In this document: positions 52,083 through 61,913 of the stretch, one piece after another
How positions within the stretch are numbered: the stretch's first letter is position 1
How the letters are laid out: every line of letters begins with the position of its first letter
Source: Geobacter sp.
Lineage (GTDB): Bacteria; Desulfobacterota; Desulfuromonadia; Geobacterales; Pseudopelobacteraceae
Direction: 5' to 3'
Assembly: GCA_009684515.1 (NCBI GenBank)
Contig: WKKS01000011.1
Location: 16,390 to 80,389 of the forward strand
Length of the DNA stretch: 64,000 bases
Program-made: the position numbers and the translations under genes
Notes under the pieces: model-generated
Database searches by the model: none
Seen by the model: only the letters and a program-made list of their open reading frames with translations
Told to the model about the DNA's origin: nothing

Positions 52083-52643
52083 TCAGAAAGCCACCTGTGT
52101 AACGACCCGCACGCCAATTTCAACGTTCAGCTCTTTTTTAAGGTTTCCAAGCAGTTTTTCGATTCCTTCAGGGGTTTCCCCCTTCGGAAGTGCAATCTCC
52201 AGCATCATGACGTAGACCGGCTCTTCCGGCGTTCCAATCAGCTTGGTGTTGAGGTCCATCACGTTTACATTGCGTCCGGCCAGTTCGCGGGTCACCCGAT
52301 AGACAATGCCGGGCTGGTCTGCGCCGTAAACCGAGATGATGCAGATCTCACCTTCGGTTTCTTTTCTGGTGATTTCGTCAGCGTGCAGGGTGCGCACTGC
52401 CAGCGACATTCCCATTTCGTCACAAATCGGCTTCAATTCGTCATACAGGCGGCTTTTACTGAAGTGGCGCGGATGGGAGACGATCAGGATCATTGCAAAC
52501 TCACCGCCCAGCATCGTACAGCTGGAGTCGGCCATGTTGCATCCGAGACGAAAAAGTCCTTCGGTGATATTGGCTACGATGCCGGGGCGGTCCTTCCCGA
52601 CCACCGAAACGGCGTAATGCAGTATTTCCGGTTGAGCTGTCAT
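52083..52643 (-). CDS. Tandem ACT-domain protein (GcvR-like)
   Basis: Two ACT repeats (V.GKDRPGIVANITE.. and VYGADQPGIVYRVTREL..). Confidence 0.75.
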   Translation of the reverse strand: MTAQPEILHYAVSVVGKDRPGIVANITEGLFRLGCNMADSSCTMLGGEFAMILIVSHPRHFSKSRLYDELKPICDEMGMSLAVRTLHADEITRKETEGEICIISVYGADQPGIVYRVTRELAGRNVNVMDLNTKLIGTPEEPVYVMMLEIALPKGETPEGIEKLLGNLKKELNVEIGVRVVTQVAF

Positions 52644-52755
52644 GATAAACCTCCAGCGTTGATAGTCCGTATGTGGTTATCATCATTCGATTTCATCTGC
52701 AAATGTTTTCTGTAATCGTGTATAGTGCCCGGCATCTGCCGCTGGAGGAAACATC

Positions 52756-54765
52756 ATGCCAACAACTTACCGTTCCGTCTGTCCCTTTGATTGCCCCGAT
52801 GCCTGTGGCCTGCTGGTGGAGGTGGCCGACGGCCGCGTCCTGAAAGTCAGCGGTGATCCGGACCATCCGGTGACCCGTGGCCTGCTTTGTCCCAAGATGC
52901 AGAATTATGAGCGGACCGTGCATTCTCCGCGCCGTCTGACTACTCCGTTGCTGCGGAGCGGCACCAAGGGGGTGGGGGAGTTCACTCCGATTTCCTGGCC
53001 GGAGGCCATTGAGCGGATCTGCGCGAACTGGAAGAAGATAATTGCGGAGTATGGCGCAGAAAGCATATTACCTTATTCCTACGCTGGAACTATGGGATTG
53101 GTGCAGCGCAACAGCGGCCACCCGTTCTTTCACAAACTAGGGGCTTCGCGTCTGGAAAGGACGATCTGCTCTCCGGCCAAGGATGCCGGCTGGAAGGCTC
53201 TGATGGGTGATACCGCCGCGATGGAACCGGCCGAGATCATGCGGAGCGACCTGATTATCCTGTGGGGAATAAATGCCGCCGCCACCAGTATCCACTGCAT
53301 GCGCGATGCCCAGGACGCCAGACGGAAGGGAGCGCGTCTGTGGGCCATTGACACTTACCGCACTCCGACCTGCGCCGCTTCCGACGAAAGTTTTCTGATC
53401 CGTCCCGGCAGCGACGGTGCGCTGGCACTCGGGATGATGCACGTTATCGTTCGTGAAAACCTGATTGCCGATGAGTTTATTAGGTCCAACGTTCTTGGCT
53501 TTGATGAGTTGTGCAGGAAGGTCCTGCCGGAATGCACTCCTGACAGGATGGCCGCGATATGCGGCCTGCCTTCGGATACCATCGAACGGATGGCGCGGGA
53601 ATATGCCCGGGCCGGGGCGCCCTTTATCCGCCTCGGAAGCGGACTGACCCGTTATGCCAACGGCGCCATGGCCGTGCGCACGATCAGTTGCCTCCCCGCC
53701 CTGACCGGCGCCTGGCAGGCTTCGGGTGGCGGCATACTTCCGGGCACATCGACCGGGGGAGCTTTTCCGCTACATAAAGTTACTCGTGAGGACTTCATCG
53801 GCCAGCCGACCAGGATGGTCAGCATGAACCAGCTGGGGGCGGCGCTGACGGAATTGGATGCGCCCCGCGTTATGAGCCTGTACGTCTACCATTCCAACCC
53901 GGCCACGATAGCGCCGGACCAGAATGCCATCATCCGCGGGCTATTGCGGGATGATCTGTTTACGGTCGTGCATGAACGCTTCATGACCGACAGCGCCCGC
54001 TATGCCGATATTGTACTTCCTGCCACCTCTTCGCTGGAACACCCGGATCTGTACCGCTGCTACGGCAGCTACCAGGCCCAGCGCTGTGACGCGGTTGTGA
54101 GGCCGGTCGGAGCGTCGAAAAGCAACTGGGAGGTATTCACTCTGCTGGCAGCCGGAATGGGGTGGGATGAACCGTTCTTCCGACAGTCGGCCGATGACCT
54201 GATCGAACAGCTGATAAACTACGAGACCCCCTGGCGGAACAATGCGGTTACGGAGCGACTGCGTCAGGGAGAACCGGTTACTCTGACGCCCGCCAGCGAT
54301 CCCAAGCGCGACTGGCTGACACCCTCCGGAAAAATAGAGATTCTGAACGAACGGGAGAATGAGCCGCTGCCGCGCCTGCTTCCAACCCACGCGGAAGGCG
54401 ATGGCTTCCCGTTGCGGCTGCAATCGGCGGTGACTCCGTACGCTCTCAACTCTTCTTTTTATGAACAGGACCAGCTCTGCGATAAACAGGTCTGCATGGA
54501 ATTGCTGATGAATCATGCTGATGCCGGGCCGCGTTCCCTTTCGTCAGGTGATGCGGTAACAGTTTTCAATCAACTGGGCCAGGTCGAATTTACCCTGCTG
54601 GTGACTGAAAAAGTTCCAGCGGGTACGGTGGTGACGGAAGGTGTCTGGTGGAGTGAATTCATCGCCGGCCGGCGTGGGGTTAATGCATTGACATCACAGC
54701 GCCTGACCGACGGCGGGCGAGGCAGCACCTTGTATGACGTGGCGGTGGAAGTCAGGAAGAGCTGA
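52756..54765 (+). CDS. Cytoplasmic molybdopterin (bis-MGD) oxidoreductase family protein, substrate unknown
   Basis: N-terminal 4Fe-4S motif C-x2-C-x3-C-x27-C (CPFDCPDACGL....C), MGD-binding domains and a C-terminal beta-barrel domain. No Tat signal and no in-frame UGA. Confidence 0.85.
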   Translation: MPTTYRSVCPFDCPDACGLLVEVADGRVLKVSGDPDHPVTRGLLCPKMQNYERTVHSPRRLTTPLLRSGTKGVGEFTPISWPEAIERICANWKKIIAEYGAESILPYSYAGTMGLVQRNSGHPFFHKLGASRLERTICSPAKDAGWKALMGDTAAMEPAEIMRSDLIILWGINAAATSIHCMRDAQDARRKGARLWAIDTYRTPTCAASDESFLIRPGSDGALALGMMHVIVRENLIADEFIRSNVLGFDELCRKVLPECTPDRMAAICGLPSDTIERMAREYARAGAPFIRLGSGLTRYANGAMAVRTISCLPALTGAWQASGGGILPGTSTGGAFPLHKVTREDFIGQPTRMVSMNQLGAALTELDAPRVMSLYVYHSNPATIAPDQNAIIRGLLRDDLFTVVHERFMTDSARYADIVLPATSSLEHPDLYRCYGSYQAQRCDAVVRPVGASKSNWEVFTLLAAGMGWDEPFFRQSADDLIEQLINYETPWRNNAVTERLRQGEPVTLTPASDPKRDWLTPSGKIEILNERENEPLPRLLPTHAEGDGFPLRLQSAVTPYALNSSFYEQDQLCDKQVCMELLMNHADAGPRSLSSGDAVTVFNQLGQVEFTLLVTEKVPAGTVVTEGVWWSEFIAGRRGVNALTSQRLTDGGRGSTLYDVAVEVRKS

Positions 54766-54799
54766 CAATAACGTCATTTCCACTCTGTCCAGGGTTGTG

Positions 54800-56923
54800 T
54801 CAGGAAGAAAACAGATTGGTTAGAAAGGGTTCTTCTTTTGTTTCCATTATACCTTTGTGACTTGCCGCAACAACCCGGTTGCGGCCATTCTCTTTTGCCC
54901 GGTAGAGTGCTTCGTCGGCAGACTTGACTATCGTTGCTTCCGTCGTGCCGTGCAGAGGGTAGATGGCAACTCCGGCCGAAATTGTTACCATTCCCAGAGG
55001 GCGGCCGAGATGTTCGACTCTGAAGGACATTAAGCTGATACGCAGTTCTTCGGCGCGTTCCAGTGCTTTTTCAAGAGTTGTCTCTGGAAGAATGCAGATG
55101 AATTCTTCACCGCCATAGCGACAGGCAATGTCATATTCACGGATGTTATTAAGCAGAAACCTTCCAAACTCTTTCAGCAGGGTGTCTCCGGCATCATGGC
55201 CGTACGTGTCGTTGAAACTTTTAAAATGGTCGATATCCATCATGATGATACCGAGAGTTCTTGATGTGCGCTCTGCCAATACAATTTCCCGCATCAAAGT
55301 TTCTTCCATGTGGCGGCGATTGAAAAGAGATGTAAGCGGATCACGAATCGACAGAAAACGCAGAGTTTCCCGGAGTGAAAGGTTTGCCAGCGCCATGGCA
55401 ATATGTTCGGTCATGGAGACGGCCAGCTGGTATTTCGCCTCATAATCTATAACTGTATCTTCTGCAACTCTATCTCTGCCCGGCTTGTTGCCTGAAGTCA
55501 ATTCCAGATGGAAGACTCCGATGGTATCCCCCTGCGAAAGCATCGGGATGCAAAAACATTGGTTGTCAATTTCACAGATTTTGTTTGTGCAAACCAGTTT
55601 ATTGTTCATTGACCAATTTGTGTTGCCCCGGCGTAAAGCCCAGCAGGAATCAGGCGGGAAATTTTGTTCATGTTTGACCCCATTGCCCAATGAACATGCC
55701 AATTCCAGCATGTTTCTGGATGAATCCAGGATGTAGAATGCGCCTGAATCTTCGGGGAAAAGCTTTTCCGCCACAACTTCGATGATCCGGTATGCCTCTT
55801 CCCGCTCGCGGCAAAGTTGAAACATATCGCTCATTTCGTGTAGAGCGGTAATTTCCAGATTGCGCTGCTCCAGTTGTCTGACCGACTGGTTTAACTCCAG
55901 ATTGGCTTCATTCAGGGCTTCCTCGGCGTGTCGCTTGTTGGTGATATCAACAAGAACCCCGCGAAGCTGTTTTTCTTTGGCATTCACAGTCACAAGCCTC
56001 AAATTGTCCCGAACCCAGATGATCGAGCCGTCTCTGCTGATTCGCCTATATTCCAGTTCGCAGCCTGACCCTTGCTCGGCAGACATCAGGTAGGCCTTGA
56101 GCACCCGTTCACGGTCATCAATAAATATCTGCGCGTTGAAAAAGTCGGCTGAGGTCTGCCACTGGTTGATCGGAAAAAGAAACAGATTCTCAGCCTGTTG
56201 ACTGACGAAAGAGTACCGCCGGTTGTCTGTGTCCGCTTCCCAAACGACAGCATCCAGTCCATCCACAAGATCTCGAAAGCGCTTCTCTGAACTCTGCGCT
56301 TCAAGCTTTAGAAGATCACTCTCCTGATAGGCGTCATGAATGTCGCTGAAAAGTTTTTGAAGTTCGGCCTCGAGTTTCTGCACAACTCTGACCGGAAAGT
56401 TATAGGAAAGATATGCGAGCAATAAACCGACAACTGTGCAGATCAGAAAAAGAAAAGCTGTTTCGATCAAAAGGTCTTTTTGTGAAACGACAATTTCAAC
56501 CCGGCCGATTTTCTCATTGTTAAAATAGATGTTTGCAGTGCCTTTGGGACTCGATTTTTTCCACCATGCGCTTGTTTCATCCGGGGATAGATTATAGCTG
56601 TAGTTTGGTATCGGCAGATTCTTTGCGTCATAGAGGCGTACGGAAAGCACGTCACTATCCTGGAATAATTCTCTTTTGATCTCCGTAAAAGTGTAGATCT
56701 GGTATTTCCAGAGAGTCGGCGCTGTAATTACGACATCTTGAAATTTATCGGCGGTTTTTTGCGCATAATGCACAGCTGTGCGTTCAAATCCCTTGTACTC
56801 AAGAATATAATAGGCGGCCGGAAAACAGAGGGCTATCAGCAAACCGATACCGAGCGAGAGCGGGTACAGGCGCTTGGATAGGAACCGCCCCAGATCGATT
56901 TGTATTTGTCCGCTATCAGTCAT
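54800..56923 (-). CDS. Membrane sensor diguanylate cyclase (periplasmic loop-PAS-GAF-GGDEF)
   Basis: Two TM helices flank a loop of about 120 aa. These are followed by a coiled coil, PAS, GAF-like and GGDEF domains (RYGGEEFICILP). Confidence 0.88.
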   Translation of the reverse strand: MTDSGQIQIDLGRFLSKRLYPLSLGIGLLIALCFPAAYYILEYKGFERTAVHYAQKTADKFQDVVITAPTLWKYQIYTFTEIKRELFQDSDVLSVRLYDAKNLPIPNYSYNLSPDETSAWWKKSSPKGTANIYFNNEKIGRVEIVVSQKDLLIETAFLFLICTVVGLLLAYLSYNFPVRVVQKLEAELQKLFSDIHDAYQESDLLKLEAQSSEKRFRDLVDGLDAVVWEADTDNRRYSFVSQQAENLFLFPINQWQTSADFFNAQIFIDDRERVLKAYLMSAEQGSGCELEYRRISRDGSIIWVRDNLRLVTVNAKEKQLRGVLVDITNKRHAEEALNEANLELNQSVRQLEQRNLEITALHEMSDMFQLCREREEAYRIIEVVAEKLFPEDSGAFYILDSSRNMLELACSLGNGVKHEQNFPPDSCWALRRGNTNWSMNNKLVCTNKICEIDNQCFCIPMLSQGDTIGVFHLELTSGNKPGRDRVAEDTVIDYEAKYQLAVSMTEHIAMALANLSLRETLRFLSIRDPLTSLFNRRHMEETLMREIVLAERTSRTLGIIMMDIDHFKSFNDTYGHDAGDTLLKEFGRFLLNNIREYDIACRYGGEEFICILPETTLEKALERAEELRISLMSFRVEHLGRPLGMVTISAGVAIYPLHGTTEATIVKSADEALYRAKENGRNRVVAASHKGIMETKEEPFLTNLFSS

Positions 56924-57780
56924 TATTTGTTAAGGCAATACGGAATGTAGTTGTTATGCAGCAGTATTTTCTTTCCTTCTGTGGAACAGACGTACGACAT
57001 AAATGCCTTCGCATCCGGAGTGAGCCGCTCCGGGCGATACACAAAAGAAAGCGTTTTATAAAGCGGATATGCGCCGCTCTCTACCGTTGCCGGTGACGGG
57101 TAGATACCGTTTAATTTCAACATTTTTATCTTCAGTTTCTGGGACGCGATCGCGCCCATATCCGTAAATCCTATCGAGTAGGGCAACGATTCGATCTTTC
57201 GGTTCATACCCTCGTCTTTCAGAATGATTGACCAGCGGTTATTCTTGATGCTGTCCGCGTAGACTTCCCGAAATCCCGGAACTTTTTCCTCCAGGACATA
57301 GATGCTGCTCTCCCCCGGTTCCCTGTTCAGAACGATAATCTTGTTGCCATCTTTCCAGGTTGTCTTTTCACCCTGGTAGATGCTGTTCAGCTCCTTGAAG
57401 GTTATTCCTTCATCCTTGACGGATGGATTAACTCCGATTGCGACGGCGGTTCGGGAATAGGGCGCCACAACCAGGCCAAGCTTGTTCTCGTCGCCGATCA
57501 GGGCTCGTGAAACGAGGCCGATCGACACGGCGCTGTTGGCAGTGGCGCGTATCGCCCCGTCCGAGCCGATGTTTGAAGGTTCTGCAAATTGAATTTCCGG
57601 GTGATGATGGTTGAAGGCTTTGATCAGTAACCTGATGGCGGGAAGGTTGGTGCCTGAACCGGCAACAACCAGGGTTTCAGCGATGGCGCTCTTGGCAAGA
57701 AGGATAGACGCGGACATCATGATTATGCAGCAGATGGCACTCCTTGAAGATTTCCATACAGACACACCAGAGATCCGCAT
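56923..57780 (-). CDS. Periplasmic substrate-binding protein, PstS/phosphate-binding-like fold
   Basis: Signal peptide, then TLVVAGSGTNLP and SDGAIRA, typical of PBP2 phosphate-like proteins. A GGGAGG SD is present. The stop overlaps the ATG of the diguanylate cyclase (TAATG). Confidence 0.7.
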   Translation of the reverse strand: MRISGVSVWKSSRSAICCIIMMSASILLAKSAIAETLVVAGSGTNLPAIRLLIKAFNHHHPEIQFAEPSNIGSDGAIRATANSAVSIGLVSRALIGDENKLGLVVAPYSRTAVAIGVNPSVKDEGITFKELNSIYQGEKTTWKDGNKIIVLNREPGESSIYVLEEKVPGFREVYADSIKNNRWSIILKDEGMNRKIESLPYSIGFTDMGAIASQKLKIKMLKLNGIYPSPATVESGAYPLYKTLSFVYRPERLTPDAKAFMSYVCSTEGKKILLHNNYIPYCLNK

Positions 57781-57914
57781 ACCCTGCCTCCCGCAAATGT
57801 TGTTAACTCATAATTGGAGAATTATTAGCAGATAGGAGTTGCAAACACAAAAAAAATCGTATCGCCTTGAATATAAAATCGGTTGCCATTCTGAAAAAAG
57901 TATCAGGCAGGTAG

Positions 57915-59822
57915 CTACTTACGGCGCAGCACGCGCTTGTCCCCGACTCTGATGGTGACTTTTTCGCTGTCAAAATATTCCAGCAGCGGAATCAAAAATT
58001 TACGCGAAAGCCCTGTCAGCTCGCGGTATTCGGGTGGGGTAATCTCTCCCTTTTCCCTCAGCAGGGCCACCAGCTTTTCTCGAAGAACATCCAGAGTCGC
58101 GGTGGAGTAGAACAGATCGGATGAGATGCGCGCAACCTGTCCGCTGCGAACCAGCAGCGCCAGATTGTCCCGCACATTCTTCTCGTCGCAGCGAAACCGT
58201 TCCATGATCTCTTTAATGGTTGGCGGTTCGTTGCCGGCATCCGCAATGTAGCCGGATATTTTTCCCGCCAGACCATCTGCGGCGGCCGGGCGAGCTGTCT
58301 GTGCTGCCGGACGGATAATGTCGCGATCCGGCACGACCAGGCCATCTTTCTCCAAGGCGGTTAACAGCGGCGTGAAGAAGCGTCCGTCGCTCCGTTTGGG
58401 GAGGCGGGTTTTCAGCTCTTCCTTGCTGATGCCCTCCTTGAGCGGGTTGGCTGCCAAGAAGTTTGACAGTTCCTGCAGAAGGCCGCGCTTGAGGGTTTCA
58501 ACGGCGCTTTTTGCCAGGAACAGGCGTGGATCGCGCGCCATCTGCACGATCTCGCCAACTGACAGGAGCGTCGTCAGGATGGATTCAACGATTTTGCGCG
58601 GCAGGCCGCTGCGCATCAGGAGGTCTTCAAATGCGATACCCGAAAGCAGGCTTTGGGAAATGATCAGCAGAATTGTGCGCTGTTGGTCGGAGGAACCGAA
58701 CGCCTCCAGCAGTTGCAGCGCTTCTTCATTGCGCCTCCGGCGGCGGGGAGGAAAAGGGTCGAGCGTAACCCCGCCTCCAACCGTAACCTGAGGAGAAAAA
58801 GCCCGCAGGATGTAGCTGTCGCCCGAAAGCAGCAGGGCTGGTTCTTTCAGCCTCAGCTGCGCGTAGGCGCTTTCCCCCGGCTGGAGCGTGTCGCGGTCCA
58901 ACAGGATGATCTGGGCCGGCACCTCATAAGTGGCCGAATGCAAGCGCACTGTGGCGCGGTGCTTCAACTCGCGGGGTGCCGAGGAGAGGTAGTCGAGTTG
59001 CACATCCACCGTTCGGGTGGCATGAAACACGCTGCGGGGTGTCACCACATCCCCCCTGTGAATCTCATTCAGGTCGATCCCTTGCAGATTGACAGCCAGA
59101 CGCTGGCCAGCCTGTCCTTTATCGCCCTTGATGCCGTGAGCCTGGATGCCGCGCACCCGCCCTTCGTGCCCCGAGGGTAAAATCTCCAGTTCATCTCCAA
59201 CGGCAATCTCGCCGGAGAGCAGGGTTCCGGTCACAACCGTGCCGAAACCGGGCACTGTGAAAACCCGGTCGACCGGGAGGCGGAAGGAGCCTTCACGGCG
59301 TTTCTCGGCAACCTGCCGTGCCAGTCGAGCCAGTTGCTCTTTCAACTCCCCCAAACCTTCGCCGCTGCGGGAAGAAACTGCCACAATCGGCGCCTCTTCC
59401 AGAAAGCTGCCGGCTACGAAATCACGGACCTCCTCCGTCACCAGCTCCAGCCACTCCCGCTCGACCGTGTCGCGTTTGGTGAGCGCCACCAGCCCGCTCT
59501 TGACCCCCAGCAGGCGCAGGATGTCGAGATGCTCGCGGGTCTGGGGCATGATTCCCTCGTCGGCGGCGATCACCAGCATTACCAGGTCCATGCCGCCCAC
59601 TCCGGCTACCATGGTGCGGACGAACTTTTCGTGCCCCGGCACGTCTACGATCCCGAAACAGAGTTCCCCCGGCAGTTCCAGATGCGCAAAGCCGAGTTCG
59701 ATCGTTATGCCGCGCGCCTTCTCTTCCTTGAGGCGATCGGTGTCGATGCCGGTCAGAGCCTTTACCAGCGAAGTCTTGCCGTGGTCGATATGTCCGGCTG
59801 TGCCGAGGATCAGGTGCTTCAT
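57915..59822 (-). CDS. selB: Selenocysteine-specific translation elongation factor
   Basis: [50 protein letters not shown], and a long C-terminal winged-helix extension. 635 aa. Confidence 0.95.
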   Translation of the reverse strand: MKHLILGTAGHIDHGKTSLVKALTGIDTDRLKEEKARGITIELGFAHLELPGELCFGIVDVPGHEKFVRTMVAGVGGMDLVMLVIAADEGIMPQTREHLDILRLLGVKSGLVALTKRDTVEREWLELVTEEVRDFVAGSFLEEAPIVAVSSRSGEGLGELKEQLARLARQVAEKRREGSFRLPVDRVFTVPGFGTVVTGTLLSGEIAVGDELEILPSGHEGRVRGIQAHGIKGDKGQAGQRLAVNLQGIDLNEIHRGDVVTPRSVFHATRTVDVQLDYLSSAPRELKHRATVRLHSATYEVPAQIILLDRDTLQPGESAYAQLRLKEPALLLSGDSYILRAFSPQVTVGGGVTLDPFPPRRRRRNEEALQLLEAFGSSDQQRTILLIISQSLLSGIAFEDLLMRSGLPRKIVESILTTLLSVGEIVQMARDPRLFLAKSAVETLKRGLLQELSNFLAANPLKEGISKEELKTRLPKRSDGRFFTPLLTALEKDGLVVPDRDIIRPAAQTARPAAADGLAGKISGYIADAGNEPPTIKEIMERFRCDEKNVRDNLALLVRSGQVARISSDLFYSTATLDVLREKLVALLREKGEITPPEYRELTGLSRKFLIPLLEYFDSEKVTIRVGDKRVLRRK

Positions 59823-60337
59823 GTTTTTTTCAGCTGACGCTCGTAATGGTACTTCCCTCCGCAGTCGTCCTGCCCGCCCCGGATTTTTTCCACGGCATGC
59901 CCGATGGTCGGCCAGATCGCCCCCAGGTTTTCCACTGCGCCTTTGGGACTGCCGGGGAGGTTGATGATCAGGGATTGCTTGCGGATACCGGCCACGGCTC
60001 GCGACAGCGCCGCCATCGGTGTGATTTCGAGGCTTTTCAGGCGCATCAGCTCGCCCAGGCCAGGAATCAGTCGGTCGGCAATCTGCATGGTCGCTTCGGG
60101 GGTCACATCGCGCGGGGAAACACCGGTCCCGCCGGTGGTCAAAATCAGGTCAGCAAGGTCGGAGTCGCCCCATTCGGTCAGAACAGCCACGATCTGACTG
60201 TATTCGTCGGGAATGACATGGGAATGGACCGTATGCACTCCCCGTTCTGCCAGCCAGGCCGCCAGGGCCGGGCCGCTCTCATCAACCCGCTCGCCACGGG
60301 AACCCTTGTCGCTCAATGTCAGAATGGCGGCTCTCAC
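59819..60337 (-). CDS. mog: Molybdenum cofactor biosynthesis protein MogA/MoaB family
   Basis: [31 protein letters not shown] and [10 protein letters not shown] chose the GTG start at 60337 (GGAGG SD) overlapping the moaC stop (GTGA). The track ORF extends further upstream inside moaC. Confidence 0.88.
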   Translation of the reverse strand: MRAAILTLSDKGSRGERVDESGPALAAWLAERGVHTVHSHVIPDEYSQIVAVLTEWGDSDLADLILTTGGTGVSPRDVTPEATMQIADRLIPGLGELMRLKSLEITPMAALSRAVAGIRKQSLIINLPGSPKGAVENLGAIWPTIGHAVEKIRGGQDDCGGKYHYERQLKKT

Positions 60338-60816
60338 GCTATATCCTCCCGCTGGTAAACTCCGCTCTTGCCGCCCTCTTTGAAGAGCAGCTTGATTTCG
60401 CCGATCGTAATCGATTTGTCGCTTCCCTTGCACATGTCGTAGATTGTCAGGGCCGCCAGTGCCGCGCCGGTCATCGCTTCCATCTCCACGCCGGTGCGCT
60501 CGAAGGCTCTGACCTTGCACTTTGCCGTCAATCGCCCGGAATCCGGATCCTGCTCGAAATCCACTGTGACATTATGGATGGCCAGCGGGTGGGACAGAGG
60601 TATCAAGTCGCAGGTTTTCTTGGCCGCCATGATTCCTGCCAGACGGGCGACACCCAATACATCCCCCTTGGCAACTCCGCCGCTGTTGATGGCTGCCAGC
60701 AGTTCCGGCGACATTTGCAGAACAGCTGATGCTATGGCGGTCCGCATGGTCGGTTGTTTGGCGGAAACATCGACCATGATGGCCTGGCCTAATTCGTCGA
60801 AATGATTGAAGTTCAT
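60334..60816 (-). CDS. moaC: Cyclic pyranopterin monophosphate synthase
   Basis: MVDVS.K..T.R.A, KGDVLGVARLAGIMAAKKT.DLIPLSHPL and MEAMTGA. Confidence 0.95.
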   Translation of the reverse strand: MNFNHFDELGQAIMVDVSAKQPTMRTAIASAVLQMSPELLAAINSGGVAKGDVLGVARLAGIMAAKKTCDLIPLSHPLAIHNVTVDFEQDPDSGRLTAKCKVRAFERTGVEMEAMTGAALAALTIYDMCKGSDKSITIGEIKLLFKEGGKSGVYQREDIA

Positions 60817-60830
60817 CTTTAAGCTCCTGG

Positions 60831-61892
60831 TCAGGCCGGTGTCAGGTACTGTTCAAACTGTTTTTTGTCAATGGCGCAGCGGTAGGCCTCTTCCGGGTTG
60901 ACCTTCTTGGTTTTCAGCAGATCCAGCAGATGCTGATCCATCAACTGCATGCCATCCTTTTTGGCGGTCTGCATGATCGATGGGATCTGGAAGGTCTTGC
61001 CTTCGCGGATCAGGTTGCCGATGGCCGGGGTGCCAAGCATGATCTCCAATGCCGCCACGCGCCCCTTGCCGTCGGAGGTTTTCAGCAGCTGCTGGCAGAC
61101 GACCCCTTTCAGGGATTCGGACAGCATGGCGCGGACCTGCTCCTGCTGGTCGGTCGGGAAAACGTCGATGATCCGGTCAACGGTTTTGGCTGCGGTGCTG
61201 GTGTGCAGGGTGCCAAAAACAAGATGTCCGGTCTCGGCGGCGCTCATGGCGAGCTGGATCGTGATCAGGTCACGCATTTCGCCGACCAGAATTACGTCCG
61301 GATCTTCACGGAGCGCCGCTTTCAGGGCCGAAGCGAAGCTTTCGGTATGCTCGCCGATCTGGCGCTGGTTCATCAGTGACAATTTATTTGGATGGATGAA
61401 CTCCAGCGGGTCTTCAAAGGTCAGGATATGCTCCTGGCGGGTCGAGTTAATCAGGTCGATCATTCCGGCCAGCGTGGTTGACTTGCCGGAACCGGTCGGG
61501 CCGGTCACCAGCACCAGCCCTTTTTTAAAGGCGGTCATGCGCCGGACACCTTCCGGCAGCCCCAGATCGTCGGCCGAAAGGATCTTGGTCGGAATGATCC
61601 GGAAAACGGCGGCTATTCCACGGTACTGCATCATGATATTGCCGCGGAAACGGGCCACGTCCGGCACCTCATAGGCAAAGTCGAGGTCCTTGGTCTCCTC
61701 GAACTGCGCCTTCTGTTTCTCGCTCAGAATCTCAAACAGGATCGCTTTTATTTCTTCGTGCGAAAGGGTCTTGAAATTGAGCCGCACCATTTCGCCGCGC
61801 AGGCGGAAGATGGGCGGGTTGCCGCTGGAAAGGTGCAGGTCGGATGCGCCCTGTTCCTTCATCATGTTGAATAAAGCATCAATGCGTGCCAT
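60831..61892 (-). CDS. pilT: Type IV pilus retraction ATPase PilT
   Basis: GASDLHL..G.PP..R..G, Walker A GPTGSGKSTT, Walker B VILVGEMRD, and the His box GHLVFGTLHT. Confidence 0.94.
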   Translation of the reverse strand: MARIDALFNMMKEQGASDLHLSSGNPPIFRLRGEMVRLNFKTLSHEEIKAILFEILSEKQKAQFEETKDLDFAYEVPDVARFRGNIMMQYRGIAAVFRIIPTKILSADDLGLPEGVRRMTAFKKGLVLVTGPTGSGKSTTLAGMIDLINSTRQEHILTFEDPLEFIHPNKLSLMNQRQIGEHTESFASALKAALREDPDVILVGEMRDLITIQLAMSAAETGHLVFGTLHTSTAAKTVDRIIDVFPTDQQEQVRAMLSESLKGVVCQQLLKTSDGKGRVAALEIMLGTPAIGNLIREGKTFQIPSIMQTAKKDGMQLMDQHLLDLLKTKKVNPEEAYRCAIDKKQFEQYLTPA

Positions 61893-61913
61893 GCAAAACT
61901 CTCCCGTTATTAT

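Noticed and set aside
52756-54765. Possible selenocysteine in the molybdopterin oxidoreductase
   Set aside because: The ORF is uninterrupted over 669 codons and begins with the Fe-S motif at its N-terminus. There is no in-frame UGA and no split ORF pattern.
57781-57914. Search for tRNA-Sec (selC) next to selB
   Set aside because: Neither the region downstream of selB nor the moaC upstream flank contains a tRNA-like acceptor or T-arm sequence. selC must be elsewhere.
59146-59964. 272-aa plus-strand ORF across selB and mog
   Set aside because: The translation is Ser/Arg/Pro-rich, lies antisense to two well-supported genes and spans their junction. Shadow ORF. The same applies to 58318-59180, 59334-59837 and 59846-60358.
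60949-61674. 241-aa plus-strand ORF inside pilT, and similar ORFs 37441-38230, 35115-35663, 25646-26287 and 49654-50273
   Set aside because: All are antisense to genes with strong family motifs and lack SD sequences and recognisable domains.
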